DNA of 44,076 nt from Candidatus Woesearchaeota archaeon. GTDB lineage: Archaea > Nanobdellota > Nanobdellia > Pacearchaeales > GW2011-AR1. This document shows, piece by piece, positions 42,118 to 44,076 of this stretch (within the stretch, counting starts at the first letter, position 1; each line of letters begins with the position of its first letter). Below the pieces are notes generated by a model, which did not search any database, had not been told where the DNA came from, and saw only the letters and a list, made by a program, of their open reading frames with translations. Made by a program: the position numbers and the translations under genes. The stretch covers positions 1-44,076 of the forward strand of contig CAYHOV010000002.1 of the NCBI GenBank assembly GCA_964358615.1. The letters run 5' to 3'.

Positions 42118-42125
42118 TTTAAATA
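42118..42125 (-). promoter_or_regulatory. Near-palindromic TATA box (A)TTTAAAT(A), about 25-29 nt upstream of the minus-strand start at 42096
   Basis: Consensus box and spacing. A separate TTAAAAAT box at 42151-58 lies 28 nt upstream of the plus-strand GINS-like gene. Confidence 0.45.
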
Positions 42126-42178
42126 TCCTCCCAAACCATCACAACAATCCTTAAAAATCTCTTCCCATTTCCAGGAAC

Positions 42179-42742
42179 ATGATAACTTACAATGAACTCT
42201 ACGAAATACTTAGAAAAGAACGCTACTCAGAAACACTTCAACCACTTCCAAAAAATTTCCTCGAAGACATAGCAGAATACCTAAAAAATAAAAAAGAGTT
42301 CAGTGATAAACAAGAAGACTTATTTTCAGATCTAGCCATAAAGAACAAGAAAAAATTCGAGAATGCCATAGTTCTTTTCAAAGAAGTTATTCTCCGCAGA
42401 AGGAAAAAAATCTTACAGCTTTCGTTTATAGCGTCGGAAACCGGCATATCGAAAAAAGATTTTGAAAATCTCATGCCCTTTGAAAAAGAACTTTTTGAGA
42501 CCATCGCAAAGAGCTTGGAAAAATCCGAGAAGACAATGAACTCAATGCTGACCGGAACTCCGCAAGAACAACAGCAGAAAAAACACCGTCTTGCCCGTTT
42601 TCTCGAGAGTGTTTCAGAGTTGATGACCATGGAAGGAGAGGCCATCGGCCCATTTGAAAAAGGCGAAGTCGCAAACCTTGAAAAAGAGATCGCAGATATT
42701 TTATTTCAGGATAAAAAAATAGAGATTATCGAAGAAGAATGA
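42179..42742 (+). CDS. GINS-family DNA replication factor (Gins51-like)
   Basis: N-terminal YNELYEILRKERYSETLQPLPKNFLEDIAEYL and central ILRRRKKILQLSF...LMPFEKELFETI follow the archaeal GINS (COG1711) pattern as I recall it. Confidence 0.6.
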   Translation: MITYNELYEILRKERYSETLQPLPKNFLEDIAEYLKNKKEFSDKQEDLFSDLAIKNKKKFENAIVLFKEVILRRRKKILQLSFIASETGISKKDFENLMPFEKELFETIAKSLEKSEKTMNSMLTGTPQEQQQKKHRLARFLESVSELMTMEGEAIGPFEKGEVANLEKEIADILFQDKKIEIIEEE

Positions 42743-42958
42743 TCAATCAGCCAAAACATCATCTAAAATTCTATCTGCTTCCTCACGAGTGAGAGGCCTA
42801 CTTGGAGGAGGCATATCTCTCTGCCAAGCATAACCATCCCTAATCCTATCTAAAGCAATTTTCCTAAGTTCACCAACAGGCGTATCTATTACTTGTGCAG
42901 TTCCAAAACCATGCATTCTCACCATTTCATCATTCATCGCAACATCATATCTTTCCAT
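42743..42958 (-). CDS. Hypothetical small protein (71 aa from the internal ATG), compositionally atypical
   Basis: The ORF-track N-terminus (MKLFLFLFSN...) runs to within 7 nt of tRNA-Thr, so the start is moved to MERYDVAMNDEM. R/D/P/G-rich, unlike the K/N/I-rich neighbours. Its stop codon directly abuts the GINS stop. Confidence 0.4.
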   Translation of the reverse strand: MERYDVAMNDEMVRMHGFGTAQVIDTPVGELRKIALDRIRDGYAWQRDMPPPSRPLTREEADRILDDVLAD

Positions 42959-43039
42959 AAAGTATCTTAACAATAGAATTATATAAATCTTCCTAAAAAA
43001 TAGATTACTGAAAAGAAATAAGAACAATTTCAAAGAAAA

Positions 43040-43112
43040 AGCCTGCAGAGGGATTCAAACCCCCGACCCCAAGTTTACAAAACTTGTGCTCTATCAACTG
43101 AGCTATGCAGGC
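43040..43112 (-). tRNA. tRNA-Thr (UGU)
   Basis: Acceptor GCCUGCA/UGCAGGC plus U. D arm GCUC-AGUUGAUA-GAGC. Anticodon arm CAAGU-UUUGUAA-ACUUG. T arm GGGGG-UUUGAAU-CCCUC, with U at position 56. Confidence 0.8.
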
Positions 43113-43157
43113 CTAAAAAATTATCGGAAAATCAATTTAAAAATCTATTTGAGAGTA

Positions 43158-43679
43158 CTAATTCCACTCAACGCTCTCACATTCTTTTTTGACTTTCTTC
43201 ACAGGATATAAATCCATAACAATCTCTAAAGGTTTGAACCACAACTTTATTTCTCTCTCGGCATTTTGCTCTGAATCCGAAGCATGGATGCAATTTTCCA
43301 GAACACCCGTCTTAGAATTTATTCTTCCATATTTTCCTCTGATAGAGATAGGATCAGCATCTTCAGGATTTGTTTTTCCTACAATATCTCGAACTTTTGC
43401 AATCGCGTCCTCGCCATAATAAACCAATGCAAGAACTCTTCGTGTATGGAACTCTCCCATAATATATTTTATTGTCGCCTCAAAAACATGTGGCTTTTTT
43501 TGTTTTAATTCAGAATAATGATTCTCTGCAAGTTCTTTTGTAACAGAAACGATTTTCGCACCGATAATTTTTAATTTTGTCTCAGATAAAGCGCTGATAA
43601 TATTTCCTGTCAAAGATTTCAGCAATCCGTCGGGTTTGATGATGATCAAACACACCTGATTTTTTTTGTCTTCAGCCAT
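43158..43679 (-). CDS. ndk: Nucleoside diphosphate kinase
   Basis: CLIIIKPDG, YYGEDAIAKVRDIVG and NCIHASDS (catalytic His motif). It has a C-terminal extension. Confidence 0.85.
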   Translation of the reverse strand: MAEDKKNQVCLIIIKPDGLLKSLTGNIISALSETKLKIIGAKIVSVTKELAENHYSELKQKKPHVFEATIKYIMGEFHTRRVLALVYYGEDAIAKVRDIVGKTNPEDADPISIRGKYGRINSKTGVLENCIHASDSEQNAEREIKLWFKPLEIVMDLYPVKKVKKECESVEWN

Positions 43680-43681
43680 GA

Positions 43682-44076
43682 TTACTCCTTTTTATCACTT
43701 TCTTCTTCACTATCTTTTTCTTTCGAAACCTTTTCTCTAGGTTCTTCTTCAAAAATCTCCTGTTCATAATTCTCTTCGATCTTATTATCTTTTTTCTTTT
43801 CAAACTCGGCCATCGAGTTTGCTAAATCTATTTTCTCAAGCTCCTTGCCCTCAAAAACTCGGATATCACAAAAAGAAAGAGGATAAACCTTTTTCAATTT
43901 AGGAAGTAAAACTCTCTGCAATTCAGAAGAATAAATCCCATAGCAAACATCTGCATAATTTCTTTCTTTCAGATGCTCAATTAAAAATTCTCTGCAAGTA
44001 TTTCTCAAATTTTTTCTTATTGCCCTCGAGACTCGCTTTCGTGTGATTAAAAATGGTTTTATAATAACCTTTATAT
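43682..44076 (-). CDS. Hypothetical protein with an acidic C-terminal tail, 5'-truncated by the window edge
   Basis: The frame stays open upstream of the ORF-track TTG start all the way to position 44076 (..IKVIIKPFLITRKRVSRAIRKNLRNTCREF..). Its stop lies 2 nt before the ndk ATG. Confidence 0.5.
   Translation of the reverse strand, partial: IKVIIKPFLITRKRVSRAIRKNLRNTCREFLIEHLKERNYADVCYGIYSSELQRVLLPKLKKVYPLSFCDIRVFEGKELEKIDLANSMAEFEKKKDNKIEENYEQEIFEEEPREKVSKEKDSEEESDKKE

Overview
AT-rich (roughly two-thirds A+T by eye) archaeal chromosome segment. The archaeal call rests on TFB, ribosomal protein eS8, an Sm-like protein, a histone-fold protein, a GINS-like protein and intron-containing tRNAs. 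The tight gene packing, giant surface proteins and secreted nuclease and proteases suggest a DPANN-type small-genome archaeon, but this is inference only. Housekeeping content: the amrA-amrS-amrB (AMMECR1 / radical SAM / MEMO) operon, RNase Z, NDK, NAD kinase, an LMW phosphatase and five tRNAs (Cys, Arg, Leu, Val, Thr; Leu and Val carry introns). Accessory content dominates the window. There are two giant, sequon-rich surface proteins (2610 aa and 3497 aa) that share modules. The larger one heads a five-gene locus of membrane-anchored beta-rich proteins. There is also a tail-fibre-like protein with an S74 auto-chaperone domain, a DNase I homologue, two HExxH proteins, two RelE-type TA loci, two HEPN/NTase pairs and one fused AbrB-NTase. 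The observations I consider most notable are: (1) an ALK/LTK-like TNF-like plus glycine-rich domain inside the 3497-aa protein; (2) a LAGLIDADG intein splitting the CX3CX2C iron-sulfur motif of the AmmeMemoRadiSam radical SAM enzyme; (3) a family of structured intergenic elements (3 long and 1-2 short copies) bracketing the surface locus, whose G-U-preserving substitutions point to plus-strand sRNAs; (4) degenerate copies of tRNA 3' parts plus hairpin arrays just downstream of two tRNA genes; (5) periodic operator-like repeat arrays in several promoters. All calls come from reading the sequence and ORF translations, and no database search was run.
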